From the human T2T-CHM13v2.0 reference genome, Homo sapiens, in assembly GCF_009914755.1 (NCBI RefSeq), contig NC_060945.1: a DNA stretch of 64,000 nucleotides. One strand, written 5' to 3'. The notes under the pieces were generated by a model. That model was not told the DNA's origin, searched no databases, and saw nothing but the letters and a program-made list of their open reading frames with translations. A program made the position numbers and the translations under genes. Position 1 is the first letter of the stretch, and the number at the start of each line of letters is the position of its first letter. This document shows, piece after piece, positions 26,600-42,000 of this stretch.

Positions 26600-27290
26600 G
26601 AATGGAATGGAGTGGAATGGAAGGCAATGCCATGGAATGGAACGGAATGGAATGGAATGGAATGGAATGGAACGGAATGGAATTGAATGGCATGGAATGA
26701 ACCCGACTGGAATGGAATGCAATGGAATGGAATGGAATGGAATGGAATGGAATCAACCCGAATGGAATGGAATGGAATGGAATGGAGTGGAATGGAATGG
26801 AATTGAATGGAATGGAATAGAATGGATTGGAAAGGAATCAACCCGAATTGAATGGAATGGAATGGATTGGAATGGAATGGAATCGAATGGAATGGAATGG
26901 AATCAACCCGAGTGGAATGGAATGGAATGGAATGGAATGGAATGGAATGGAATGGAGTGGAATGGAAGGCAATGCCATGGAATGGAATGGAATGGAATGG
27001 AATGGAATGGAATGGAACGGAATGGAATAGAATGGCATGGAATGAACCCGACTGGAATGGAATGCAATGGAATGGAATGGAATGGAATGGAATGGAATGG
27101 AATGGAATGGAATCAACCCGAATGGAATGGAATGGAATGGAATGGAGTGGAATGGAATGGAATTGAATGGAATGGAATAGAATGGAATGGAAAGGAATCA
27201 ACCCGAATTGAATGGAATGGAATGGAATGGAATGGAATCGAATGGAATGGAATGGAATCAACCCGAGTGGAATGGAATGGAATGGAATGG
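26600..27290 (+). repeat. ~345-bp tandem duplication (also in copy B at ~37450-38130; single in C and D)
   Basis: AAGGCAATGCCATGG is at 26621/26966 and 37471/37811, but single at 49742 and 56476. Confidence 0.85.
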
Positions 27291-30200
27291 AATGGAATCA
27301 ACCTGAATGGAATGGAATGGAATGGAATGGAAAGGAATGGAATGGAATGGAATGGAATGGAATGGAATGGAATAGAATGGAATCAACAAGAATGGGATGG
27401 AATAGAATGGAATGGAATGGAATGGAAAGGAATCCTATTGAATCAACCCGAGTGTAATGGAAAAGAATGGAATGGAATGGAATGCAATGGAATGGAATCA
27501 AACCAAGTGCAATGGAATGGAATAGAATGCAACGGAACCAACCCGAGTGGAATGGAATAGAAAGGCATGCAATGGAATGGAATGGAAAGCAGTGGAATGG
27601 AATCAACCCGACTGGAATGGAATGGAATGGAAAGGAATGAAGGGAATGGAATGGAATGGGAAGGTATGGAATCAACCCGAGTGGAATGGAATGGAATGGA
27701 ATGGAATGGAATGGAGTGGAATGGAATGGAGTGGAATCGAGTGGAATGGAATGGAATGGAGTGGAATGGAAGACAATGAAATTTTATGGAATGGAATAGA
27801 AAGGAGCGGAACAGAATGGAATTGAATGGCATGGAATGGACACGAATCCAATGGAATGGAATGGAATGGAATGGAATGGAATGGAATCAACCCGAATGGA
27901 ATGGAATGGAATGGAATGGAATGGAATTAAATGGAAAGGAATGGAATGGATTCAACACGAGTGGAATGGAATGGAATGGAGTGGAATGGAATGGAATGGA
28001 ATCAATCCGAGTGGAATGGAATGGAATGGAATGGAATGCAATGGAATGGAATGGAAAGGAATGGAATGGAATGGAATGGAAGGCAAGGCAATGGAATGGA
28101 ATGGAATGGAACGGAATGGAACTCAATGGCATGGAATGAACCAGACTGGAATGGAATGCAATGGAATGGAATGGAATGGAATGGAATGGAATGGAATGGA
28201 ATGGAATGGAATCAACCCGAATGGAATGGAATGGAATGGAATGGAGTGGAATGGAATGGAATTGAATGGAATGGAATGGAATGGAAAGGAATCAACCCGA
28301 ATGGAATAGAATGGAATGGAATGGAATGGAATGGAATGGAATGGAATGGAATGGAATCAACCCGAGTGGAATGGAATGGAATGGAATTCAGTGGAATGGA
28401 ACGGAATGGGATGGTATGGAATCAAGCTGAGTGGAATATTATCGAATGAAATGGAACGGAATGGGACGGTATGGAATCAACCCGAGTGGAATATTATCGA
28501 ATGAAATGGAATGGAACGGAATGGAATGGAATAAAATGTAATGGAATGCAATGGAATCAACCGGAGTGCAATGGAATGGAATCGAATAAAATGGATTGGA
28601 ATGGAATTAAATGGAAAGGAACGGAATGGAATCAACACGAGTGGAATGGAATGGAATGGAATGGAATGGAATAGAATGGAATGGAATGGAATCAACCGGA
28701 GTGCAATGGAATGGAATGGAATAAAATGGAATGGAATGGAATTAAATGGAAAGGAACGGAATGGAATCAACACGAGTGGAATGGAATGGAATGGAATGGA
28801 ATGGAATGGAATGGAATGGAATCAATCCGAGTGGAATGGAATGGAATGGAATGCAATGGAATGAAACGGAATATAATAGAATGGAATGGAAACATCCCGA
28901 GTGGAATGGAATGGTATGGAATGCAATGGAACGGAATGGAACAGAACGGAATGGAATGGAATGGAATAGATTGAATCAGAGAGGAATTGAATGGAGAGGA
29001 ATGGAATGGAATGGAATGCAATGGATTCAACTCTAGTTGAATATCATGGATTGGAAAGGAATGGAATGGAATGGAATGGAATGGAATGGAATGGAATGGA
29101 ATGGAGTGGAATGGAATAGAATCAACTCGAGTGCAATGGAATGTAATGGAATGGAGTGGAATGGAATGGAATGCAATGAAATGGAAAGGAATGCTATGGA
29201 ATCAACCCGAGTGTAATGGAAATGAATGGAATGGAATTGAATAGAAAGGAATGAATGGAATGGAATGGAATGGAATGGAATGGAATGGAATGGTATGGAA
29301 TCAACCCGAGTGGAATGGAAAGGACTGGAATGGAATAGAATGGAATGGAATGGAATGGAATGCAACGGAATCAACCCGAGTAGAATGGAATGGAAAGAAA
29401 CGGAATGAAATGGAATGGAAAGGAGTGGAATGGAATCAACACGAATGGAATGGAATGGAATGGAAAGGAATGAATGCAATGGAATGGAATGGAATGGAAT
29501 GGTAGGGAATCAACCCGAGTGGAATGGAATGGAATGGAATGGAATGGAATGGAATGGAATCCAGCCGAATGGGATGGAATGCAATGCAATGGAATGGAAT
29601 GGAATAGAATCAACCCGAATGGAATGGAACGGAATGGAATGAAAAGGAATGGAATGGAAAGGAATGGAATGGAATAGAATGGAATAAACCAGAATGGAAT
29701 GGAATGGAATGGATTGGAATGGAATGGAATGGAATGGAATGCTATGGAATCAACAGGAGTGTAATGGAAATGAATGGAATGGAATGGAATGGAATGGAAT
29801 AAACCCAAGTGCAATGGAATGGAATAGAATGCAATGGAATCAACCCAAGTGGAATGGAATAGAAAGGCATGCAATGGAATGGAATGGAAAGCAAAGGAAT
29901 GGAATCAACCAGACTGGAATGGAATGGAATGGAAAGGAATGAAGGGAATGGAATGGAATGGAAAGGTATGGAATCAACTCTAGTGGAATGGAATGGAATG
30001 GAATGCAATGGAATGGAATGGAATGGAATGGAATGGAATGGAATGGAATGGAATGGAATCAACCCGAGTGGAATGGAATGGAATGGAATTCAATGGAATG
30101 AAGTGGAATGGGATGGTATGGAATCAACCCGTGTGGAATATTATCGAATGAAATGGAATGGAATGGGATGGTATGGAATCAACCCGAGTGGAATATTATC

Positions 30201-31369
30201 GAATTAAATGGAATGGAACTGAATGGAATGGAATAAAATGCAATGGAATGGAATGGAATCAACCAGAGTGGAATGGAATATAATGGAATGGAATGGAATT
30301 AAATCGAGAGGAACAGAATGGAATCAACACGAGTGGAATGGAATGGAATGGAATGGAATGGAATCAACCCGAGTGGAATGGAATGGAATGGAATGTAATG
30401 GAATGAAGCGGAATATAATGCAATGGAATGGAAACATCCCGAGTGGAATGGAATGGTATGGAATGCAACGGAACGGAATGGAACAGAACGGAATGGAATG
30501 GAACGGAATAGATTGAATCAGAGAGGAATTGAATGCAGAGGAATGGATTGGAATGGAATGCAATGGATTCAACCCTAGTTGAATGTCATGGATTGGAAAG
30601 GAATGGAATGGAACGGAATGGAATGGAATGGAATGGAGTGGAATGAAATGGTGTGGAATCAACACGAATGGAAAGGAACGAAATGGAATGGAATGGAATG
30701 GAATGGACTGGAATGGAATGGAATGGAATGGAAACAACACGAATAGAATGGAACGGAATGGAATGGAATGCTGTGGAATGGAATGGAATGGAAAGGAATC
30801 AACCCGAGTGGAATGAAATGGAATGTAATGCAATGGAATGGAGCGGAATCAACCTGAGTCAAATGCAATGGAATGGAATGGAATGGAGTGGAATGGAATG
30901 GAATGGAATGGAATGGAATGGAATGGAATGGAACGGAATGGAATCCAATGGAATCAACTGGAATGGAATAGCACAGAATGGAATGGAATGGAATGGAATC
31001 AATCCGGGTGGAATGGAATGGAATGTATGGAGTAGAATGGAATGGAATGGAGTGGAATGGAATGGAATGGAATGCAGTGGAATTTAATGGAACGGAATCA
31101 ACCCGAATGGAATGGAACGGAATGGAGTGGAAAGGAATGGAATGGAATGGAATGGAATGGAATGGAATGGAATGGAATGGAATGGAATGGAATCAACCCA
31201 AGTGCAATGGAATGGAATGGAATGCAATGGTATCAACCCGAGTGGAATGGAAAGGAAAGGAATGAAATGAAATGGAATGGAAAGGAATGGAATGGAATCA
31301 AACCGAATGGAATGGAATGGAATGGAATGGAAAGTAAAGAATGGAATGGAATGGAATGGATTGGTATGG

Positions 31370-31930
31370 AATGGTATGGAATCAACCCGAGTGGAATGGA
31401 ATGGACAGGAATGGAATAGAATGGAATGGGATGGAATGGAATGCAATGGAATGGAAAGGAATGGTACGGAATGGAACGGAATGGAATAGAATGAACACGA
31501 ATGGAATGGAATGGAAAGGAATGGATTGGAATGGAATGGAATGGAATCAACCCGAGTGGAACGGAATGTAATGAAATGGAGTGGAATGGAAAGGAATGGA
31601 ATGGAATGGAATGAACACGAATGGAATGGAATGGAATGGAATGGAATGGAATGGTATGGAATCAACCCGAGTGGAATGGAATGGACAGGAATGGAATAGA
31701 ATGGAATGGGATGGAATGGAATGCAATGGAATGGAATGGAATAGAAAGGAATGGTACGGAATGGAACGGAATGGAATAGAATGAACACGAATGGAATGGA
31801 ATGGAAAGGAATGGATTGGAATGGAATGGAATGGAATCAACCCGAGTGGAACGGAATGTAATGGAATGGAGTGGAATGGAATGGAATGGAATGGAATGGA
31901 ATGGAATGGAATGCAATGGAATCAACACGA
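31370..31930 (+). repeat. ~280-290-bp tandem duplication present in copies A, B and D
   Basis: GGACAGG is at 31403/31683 (280 bp apart), 42363/42648 (285) and 61423/61713 (290). Confidence 0.88.
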
Positions 31931-34900
31931 ATGGAATGGAATGGCATGGAATGGAAGGGAATGGAATGAAATGGAATCAACCCTAGTGGAATGGAATGGA
32001 ATGGAGTTTAATGGAATGGAATAGAATAGATTGGTATGGAATCAACCCGAGAGGAATGGTATGGAATGGAATGCAATGGAATGGAATGCAATGCAACAAA
32101 ATGGAATGGAATGGAATGGTATCAACACGAGTGGAAGGGAATGGAATGGAATGGAATCAACCGGAGTGGAATGGAATGGAATGGAGTGGAATGGAATGGA
32201 ATGCAATGAAATGGAAAGGAACGGAATTTAATCACCCCGAGTGGAATGGAATAGAATGGAATGGAAAGGAATGGAATCAACCCGAGTGGAATGGAATGGA
32301 ATGGAATGGAATGGAATGGAATGGAATGGAATGGAATGGAATCAACCTGAGTGGAATGGAATGGAATGGAATGGAATGGAATGGAATGGAATGGAATGAA
32401 CACGAGTGGAATGGAATAGAATGAAATGCAATGGAATGAAATGGAATGCAATGGAATGGAATGGAATGCAAGACATTGGAATCAACTGGAATGGAATGGA
32501 ATGCAATGGAATGGAATGGAATGCAATGGAATCAACCAGAGTGGAAAGGAATAGAATGGAATGGATTATAATGCAATGGAATGGAATCAATCCTGGTGCA
32601 ATGGAACGGAATGGCATGGAGTGGAATGGAACGGAATGGAATGGAATGGAATGGAATGGAAAGGAATCAACCCGAAAGGAATGGAATGGAATGAAATGGA
32701 AAGGAATGGAATGCAATGGATTGGAATGGAATGAAATGGATTCAACCCGAATTGAATGGAATGGAATGGAATGGAATGTTATATAATCAACACGAGTGGA
32801 ATGAAATGAATGGAAAGAAATGGAATGGAATGCAATGGAATGGAATGGAAAGGAATGGAATGGAATCAACCCGAATGGAATTGAATGGAAAGGAATGGAA
32901 TGGAATGGATTAGAATGGAATGGAATGGAATGGAATGGAATGGAATGGAATGGAATGGAGTGGAATGGAATGGAATGGAATCATCCCGAGTGGAATGGAA
33001 TGGTATGGAATGCAATGGAATGGCATGGAACAGAACGGAAAGGAATGGAATGGAATAGATTGAATCTGAGAGGAATTGACTGGAGTGGAATGGATGGAAA
33101 TGGAATGAAAGGGATTCAACCAAGTTGAATGTCATGGATTGGAAAGGAGTGGAATGGAATGGAATGGAAAGGAGTGGAATGGAATGGAATGGAATCAACC
33201 CGAATGGAATGGAACGGAATGGAATGGAAAGGAAAGGAATGGAATGGAATGGAATGGAATGGAATGGAATCAACCTGAATAGGATGGAATGGAATGGAAT
33301 GGAATGGAATACAATGGAATGCTATGGAATAAACCCGAGTGTAATGGAAATGCATGGAATGGAATGGAATGGAATGGAATGGAATGGAATGGAATGGAAT
33401 CAACCCAAGTGCAATGGAATGGAATGGAATGCAACGGAATCAACCCGAGTGGAATGGAATGGACAGGAATGGAATAGAATGGAATGGGATGGAATGGAAT
33501 GCAATGGAATGGAAAGGAATGGTACGGAATGGAACGTAATGGAACGGAATGGAATAGAATGAACACGAAAAGAATGGAATGGAAAGGAATGGATTGGAAT
33601 GGAATAGAATGGAATCAACCCGAGTGGAACGGAATGTAATGGAATGGAGTGGAATGGAATGGAATGGAATGGAATGGAATCAACACGAATGGAATGGAAT
33701 GGCATGGAATGGAATGGAATGGAATGGAATGGAATGGAATGGAATCAACCCTAGTGGAATGGAATCGAATGGAGTTTAATGGAATAGAATAGAATAGATT
33801 GGTATGGAATCAACCCGAGAGGAATGGTATGGAATGGAATGCAATGGAATGGAATGGAATGGAATAAAATGGAACGGAATGGAATGGAATCAACGCGAGT
33901 GGAAGGGAACGGAATGGAATGGAATCAAAAGGAGTGGAATGGAATGGAATGGAGTGGAATGGAATGGAATGCAATGAAATGGAAAGGAACGGAATTTAAT
34001 CAACCCGAGTAGAATGGAATAGAATGGAATGGAAAGGAATGCAATCAACCCGAGAGGAATGGTATGGAATGGGATGCAATGCAATGGAATGGAATGGAAT
34101 AGAATGGAATGCAATGGAATGGAATCAACCCGAGTGGAAGGGAATGGAATGGAATGGAATCAACCGGATTGGAATGGAATGGAATGGAGTGGAATGGAAT
34201 GAATGCAATGAAATGGAAAGGAATACTATGAAATCAACCCGAGTGTAATGGAAATGAACGGAATGGAATGGAATGGGATGGAATCAAGCCAAGTGCAATG
34301 GAATGGAATAGAATGCAACAAAATCAACCCGAGTGGAATGGAATAGAAAGGCATGCAATGGAATGGAATGGAAAGCAATGGAATGGAATCAACCGGACTG
34401 GAATGGAATGGAATCGAAAGGAATGAATGGAATGGAATGGAATGGAAAGGTATGGATTCCACCCGAGTGGAATGGAATGGAATGGAATGGAATGCAGTGG
34501 AATGGAAGGCAATGAAATGGAATGGAAAGGAATGGAATGGAATGGAATGGAATGCAACGGAACGGAATGGAATTGAATGGCATGGAATGAACCCGAATGG
34601 AATAGAATGGAATGGAATGGAATGGAATGAAATGGAATGGAATGGAATGGTATGGAATGGAATGGAAACAACACGAATGGAATGGAACGGAAAGGAATGG
34701 AATGGAATGCTGTGGAATGGAATGGAATGGAATGAAATAAACACGAATAGAGTGGAATGGAATGGAATGGAACGGAATGGAATGGAATGGAATGGAATTG
34801 AATGGAATGAAATGGAAAGGAACGGAATGGAATTAACCGAGTGGAACGGGATGGAATGGAAAGGAATCAATCCGAGTGGAATGAAATGGAATGTAATGCA

Positions 34901-36019
34901 ATGGAATGGAGCGGAATCAACCTGAGTCGAATGCAATGGAATGGAATGGATTGGAGTGGAATGGAATGGAAGGTAATGGAATGGAATGGAATGGAATGGA
35001 ATGGAATGGAATGGAATGGAATTGAATGGAATGGAATGGAATCCAACGGATTCAACTGGAATGGAATAGCATAGAATGGAATGGAATGGAATGAAATCAA
35101 TCCGGTGGAATGGAATGGAATGTATGGAGTGGAATGGAATGGAATGGAGTGGAATGGAATGGAATGGAATGCAGTGGAATTTAATGGAATGGAATCAACC
35201 CGAATGGAATGGAATGGAATGGAATGGAAAGGAGTGGAATGGAATGGAATGGAATGGAATGGAATGGAATGGAATGGAATCAACCCAAATGGGATGGGAT
35301 GGAATGGAATGGAATGGAATCAACCTGAATGGAATGGAATGGAATGGAATGGAAAGGAATGGAATGGAATGGAATGGAATGGAATGGAATAGAATGGAAT
35401 CAACAAGAATGGGATGGAATAGAATGGAATGGAATGGAATGGAAAGGAATCCTATTGAAACAACTCGAGTGTAATGGAAAAGAAAGGAATGGAATGGAAT
35501 GGAATGGAATGCAATGGAATGGAATCAAACCAAGTGCAATGGAATGGAATAGAATGCAACGGAACCAACCCGAGTGGAATGGAATAGAAAGGCATGCAAT
35601 GGAATGGAATGGAAAGCAGTGGAATGGAATCAACCCGACTGGAATGGAATGGAATGGAAAGGAATGAAGGGAATGGAATGGAATGGGAAGGTATGGAATC
35701 AACCCGAGTGGAATGGAATGGAATGGAATGGAATGGAATGGAGTGGAATGGAATGGAATGGAATGGAATGGAGTGGAATGGAATGGAGTGGAATGGAATG
35801 GAGTGGAATGGAATGGAGTGGAATCGAGTGGAATGGAATGGAATGGAGTGGAATGGAAGGCAATGAAATTTTATGGAATGGAATAGAAAGGAGCGGAACA
35901 GAATGGAATTGAATGGCATGGAATGGACCCGAATGCAATGGAATGGAATGGAATGGAATGGAATGGAATGGAATGGAATGGAATCAACCCAAATGGAATG
36001 GAATGGAATGAAATGGAAT

Positions 36020-39000
36020 GGAATGGCATGGAATCAACCCGAATGGAATGGAATGGAATGGAATGGAATGGAATGGCATGGAATCAACCCGAGTGGAATG
36101 GAATGGAAAGGAATTCAATGGAATGGAAAGGAATGCAATGGTATGGAATCAACCAGAGTGGAATATTATCGAATACAATGGAATGGAACGGAATGGAATG
36201 GAATAAAATGTAATGGAATGGAATGGAATCAACCGGAGTGCAATGAAATGGAATGGAATAAAATGGAATGGAATGGAATTAAATGGAAAGGAACGGAATG
36301 GAATCAACACGAGTGGAATGGAATGGAATGGAATGGAATCAATCCGAGTGGAATGGAAAGTAATGGAATGCAAAGGAATGAAACGGAATATAATGGAATG
36401 GAATGGAAACATCCCGAGTGGAATGGAATGGTATGGAATGCAATGGAACGGAATGGAACGGAACGGAATGGAATGGAATGGAATAGATTGAATCAGAGAG
36501 GAATTGAATGGAGAGGAATGGAATGGAATGGAATGCAATAGATTCAACTCTGGTTGAATATCATGGATTGGAAAGGAATGGAATGGAATGGAATGGAGTG
36601 GAATGGAATAGAATCAACTCGAGTGCAATGGAATGTAATGGAATGGAGTGGAATGGAATGGAATGCAATGAAATGGAAAGGAATGCTATGGAATCAACCC
36701 GAGTGTAATGGAAATGAATGGAATGGAATGGAATAGAAAGGAATGAATGGAAAGGAATGGAATGGAATGGAATGGTATGGAATCAACCCGAGTGGAATGG
36801 AATGGACTGGAATGGAATAGAATGGAATGGAATGGAATGGAATGCAACAGAATCAACCCGAGTAGAATGGAATGGAAAGAAATGGAATGAAATGGAATGG
36901 AAAGGAATGGAATGGAATCAACACGAATGGAATGGAATGGAATGGAAAGGAATGAATGGAATGGAATGGAATGGAATGGAATGGTAGGGAATCAACACGA
37001 GTGGAATGGAATGGAATGGAATGGAATGGAATGCTATGCAATCAACAGGAGTGTAATGGAAATGAATGGAATGGAATGGAATGGAATGGGATGGAATGGA
37101 ATGGAATAGAATGGAATAAACCAGAGAGGAATGGAATGGAATGGATTGGAATGGAATGGAACGGATTGGAATGCTATGCAATCAACAGGAGTGTAATGGA
37201 AATGAATGGAATGGAATGGAATGGAATGGAATAAACCCAAGTGCAATGGAATGGAATAGAATGCAATGGAATAAAAAAAAAAGTGGAATGGAATAGAAAG
37301 GCATGCAATGGAATGGAATGGAAAGCAAAGGAATGGAATCAACCCGACTGGAATGGAATGGAATGGAAAGGAATGAAGGGAATGGAATGGAATGGAAAGG
37401 TATGGAATCAACTCGAGTGGAATGGAATGGAATGGAATGGAATGGAATGGAATGGAATGGAGTGGAATGGAAGGCAATGCCATGGAATGGAACGGAATGG
37501 AATGGAATGGAATGGAATGGAATGGAACGGAATGGAATTGAATGGCATGGAATGAACCCGACTGGAATGGAATGCAATGGAATGGAATGGAATGGAATGG
37601 AATGGAATCAACCCGAATGGAATGGAATGGAATGGAATGGAGTGGAATGGAATGGAATTGAATGGAATGGAATAGAATGGAATGGAAAGGAATCAACCCG
37701 AATTGAATGGAATGGAATGGATTGGAATGGAATGGAATCGAATGGAATGGAATGGAATCAACCCGAGTGGAATGGAATGGAATGGAATGGAATGGAATGG
37801 AGTGGAATGGAAGGCAATGCCATGGAATGGAATGGAATGGAATGGAATGGAATGGAATGGAATGGAACGGAATGGAATAGAATGGCATGGAATGAACCCG
37901 ACTGGAATGGAATGCAATGGAATGGAATGGAATGGAATGGAATGGAATGGAATGGAATGGAATGGAATCAACCCGAATGGAATGGAATGGAATGGAATGG
38001 AGTGGAATGGAATGGAATTGAATGGAATGGAATAGAATGGAATGGAAAGGAATCAACCCGAATTGAATGGAATGGAATGGAATGGAATGGAATCGAATGG
38101 AATGGAATGGAATCAACCCGAGTGGAATGGAATGGAATGGAATGGAATCAACCTGAATGGAATGGAATGGAATGGAATGGAAAGGAATGGAATGGAATGG
38201 AATGGAATGGAATGGAATGGAATGGAATAGAATGGAATCAACAAGAATGGGATGGAATAGAATGGAATGGAATGGAATGGAAAGGAATCCTATTGAATCA
38301 ACCCGAGTGTAATGGAAAAGAATGGAATGGAATGGAATGGAATGGAATGGAATGCAATGGAATGGAATCAAACGAAGTGCAATGGAATGGAATAGAATGC
38401 AACGGAACCAACCCGAGTGGAATGGAATAGAAAGGCATGCAATGGAATGGAATGGAAAGCAGTGGAATGGAATCAACCCGACTGGAATGGAATGGAATGG
38501 AAAGGAATGAAGGGAATGGAATGGAATGGGAAGGTATGGAATCAACCCGAGTGGAATGGAATGGAATGGAATGGAATGGAATGGAGTGGAATGGAATGGA
38601 GTGGAATCGAGTGGAATGGAATGGAATGGAGTGGAATGGAAGACAATGAAATTTTATGGAATGGAATAGAAAGGAGCGGAACAGAATGGAATTGAATGGC
38701 ATGGAATGGACACGAATCCAATGGAATGGAAGGGAATGGAATGGAATGGAATGGAATGGAATCAACCCGAATGGAATGGAATGGAATGGAATGGAATGGA
38801 ATTAAATGGAAAGGAATGGAATGGAATCAACACGAGTGGAATGGAATGGAATGGAATGGAATGGAATGGAATGGAATCAATCCGAGTGGAATGGAATGGA
38901 ATGGAATGGAATGCAATGGAATGGAATGGAAAGGAATGGAATGGAATGGAATGGAAGGCAAGGCAATGGAATGGAATGGAATGGAACGGAATGGAACTCA

Positions 39001-42000
39001 ATGGCATGGAATGAACCAGACTGGAATGGAATGCAATGGAATGGAATGGAATGGAATGGAATGGAATGGAATGGAATGGAATGGAATCAACCCGAATGGA
39101 ATGGAATGGAATGGAATGGAGTGGAATGGAATGGAATTGAATGGAATGGAATGGAATGGAAAGGAATCAACCCGAATGGAATAGAATGGAATGGAATGGA
39201 ATGGAATGGAATGGAATGGAATGGAATCAACCCGAGTGGAATGGAATGGAATGGAATTCAGTGGAATGGAACGGAATGGGATGGTATGGAATCAAGCTGA
39301 GTGGAATATTATCGAATGAAATGGAATGGAATGGGACGGTATGGAATCAACCCGAGTGGAATATTATCGAATGAAATGGAATGGAACGGAATGGAATGGA
39401 ATAAAATGTAATGGAATGCAATGGAATCAACCGGAGTGCAATGGAATGGAATGGAATAAAATGGAATGGAATGGAATTAAATGGAAAGGAACGGAATGGA
39501 ATCAACACGAGTGGAATGGAATGGAATGGAATGGAATGGAATAGAATGGAATGGAATGGAATCAACCGGAGTGCAATGGAATGGAATGGAATAAAATGGA
39601 ATGGAATGGAATTAAATGGAAAGGAACGGAATGGAATCAACACGAGTGGAATGGAATGGAATGGAATGGAATGGAATGGAATGGAATGGAATGGAATCAA
39701 TCCGAGTGGAATGGAATGGAATGGAATGCAATGGAATGAAACGGAATATAATAGAATGGAATGGAAACATCCCGAGTGGAATGGAATGGTATGGAATGCA
39801 ATGGAACGGAATGGAACAGAACGGAATGGAATGGAATGGAATAGATTGAATCAGAGAGGAATTGAATGGAGAGGAATGGAATGGAATGGAATGCAATGGA
39901 TTCAACTCTAGTTGAATATCATGGATTGGAAAGGAATGGAATGGAATGGAATGGAATGGAATGGAATGGAATGGAGTGGAATGGAATAGAATCAACTCGA
40001 GTGCAATGGAATGTAATGGAATGGAGTGGAATGGAATGGAATGCAATGAAATGGAAAGGAATGCTATGGAATCAACCCGAGTGTAATGGAAATGAATGGA
40101 ATGGAATTGAATAGAAAGGAATGAATGGAATGGAATGGAATGGAATGGAATGGAATGAAATGGAATGGTATGGAATCAACCCGAGTGGAATGGAAAGGAC
40201 TGGAATGGAATAGAATGGAATGGAATGGAATGGAATGCAATGGAATCAACCCGAGTAGAATGGAATGGAAAGAAATGGAATGAAATGGAATGGAAAGGAA
40301 TGGAATGGAATCAACACGAATGGAATGGAATGGAATGGAAAGGAATGAATGCAATGGAATGGAATGGAATGGAATGGTAGGGAATCAACCCGAGTGGAAT
40401 GGAATGGAATGGAATGGAATGGAATGGAATGGAATCCAGCCGAATGGGATGGAATGCAATGCAATGGAATGGAATGGAATAGAATCAACCCGAATGGAAT
40501 GGAACGGAATGGAATGAAAAGGAATGGAATGGAAAGGAATGGAATGGAATAGAATGGAATAAACCAGAATGGAATGGAATGGAATGGATTGGAATGGAAT
40601 GGAATGGAATGGAATGCTATGGAATCAACAGGAGTGTAATGGAAATGAATGGAATGGAATGGAATGGAATGGAATAAACCCAAGTGCAATGGAATGGAAT
40701 AGAATGCAATGGAATCAACCCAAGTGGAATGGAATAGAAAGGCATGCAATGGAATGGAATGGAAAGCAAAGGAATGGAATCAACCAGACTGGAATGGAAT
40801 GGAATGGAAAGGAATGAAGGGAATGGAATGGAATGGAAAGGTATGGAATCAACTCGAGTGGAATGGAATGGAATGGAATGGAATGCAATGGAATGGAATA
40901 GAATCAAATCGAATGGAATGGAATGGAATGGAGTGGAATGGAATGGAATTGAATGGAATGGAATGGAATGGAAAGGAATCAACCCGGATGGAATGGAATA
41001 GAATGGAATGGAATGGAATGGAATGGAATGGAATCAACCCGAGTGGAATGGAATGGAGTGGAATTCAATGGAATGAAGTGGAATGGGATGGTATGGAATC
41101 AACCCGTGTGGAATATTATCGAATGAAATGGAATGGAATGGGATGGTATGGAATCAACCCGAGTGGAATATTATCGAATTAAATGGAATGGAACTGAATG
41201 GAATGGAATAAAATGCAATGGAATGGAATGGAATCAACCAGAGTGGAATGGAATATAATGGAATGGAATTAAATCGAGAGGAACAGAATGGAATCAACAC
41301 GAGTGGAATGGAATGGAATGGAATGGAATGGAATCAACCCGAGTGGAATGGAATGGAATGGAATGGAATGGAATGAAGCGGAATATAATGCAATGGAATG
41401 GAAACATCCCGAGTGGAATGGAATGGTATGGAATGCAACGGAACGGAATGGAACAGAACGGAATGGAATGGAACGGAATAGATTGAATCAGAGAGGAATT
41501 GAATGCAGAGGAATGGATTGGAATGGAATGCAATGGATTCAACCCTAGTTGAATGTCATGGATTGGAAAGGAATGGAATGGAACGGAATGGAATGGAATG
41601 GAATGGAGTGGAATGAAATGGTGTGGAATCAACACGAATGGAAAGGAACGAAATGGAATGGAATGGAATGGAATGGACTGGAATGGAACGGAATGGAATG
41701 GAAACAACACGAATAGAATGGAACGGAATGGAATGGAATGCTGTGGAATGGAATGGAATGGAAAGGAATCAAACCGAGTGGAATGAAATGGAATGCAATG
41801 CAATGGAATGGAGCAGAATCAACCTGAGTCAAATGCAATGGAATGGAATGGAATGGAGTGGAATGGAATGGAATGGAATGGAATGGAATGGAATGGAATG
41901 GAACGGAATGGAATCCAATGGAATCAACTGGAATGGAATAGCACAGAATGGAATGGAATGGAATGGAATCAATCCGGGTGGAATGGAATGGAATGTATGG

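Larger units (their letters stand above)
25100..36020 (+). repeat. ~11-kb block, copy A
   Basis: Markers are offset ~10.87-10.97 kb from copy B: TCGAATACAA 25251/36169, AGACAATGAAATTTTAT 27771/38641, ATCAAGCTGA 28421/39291, AAATCGAGAG 30301/41271, AAAGTAAAGA 31331/42291, ATCACCCCGA 32231/43201, TGAATCTGAG 33061/44031. Confidence 0.9.
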
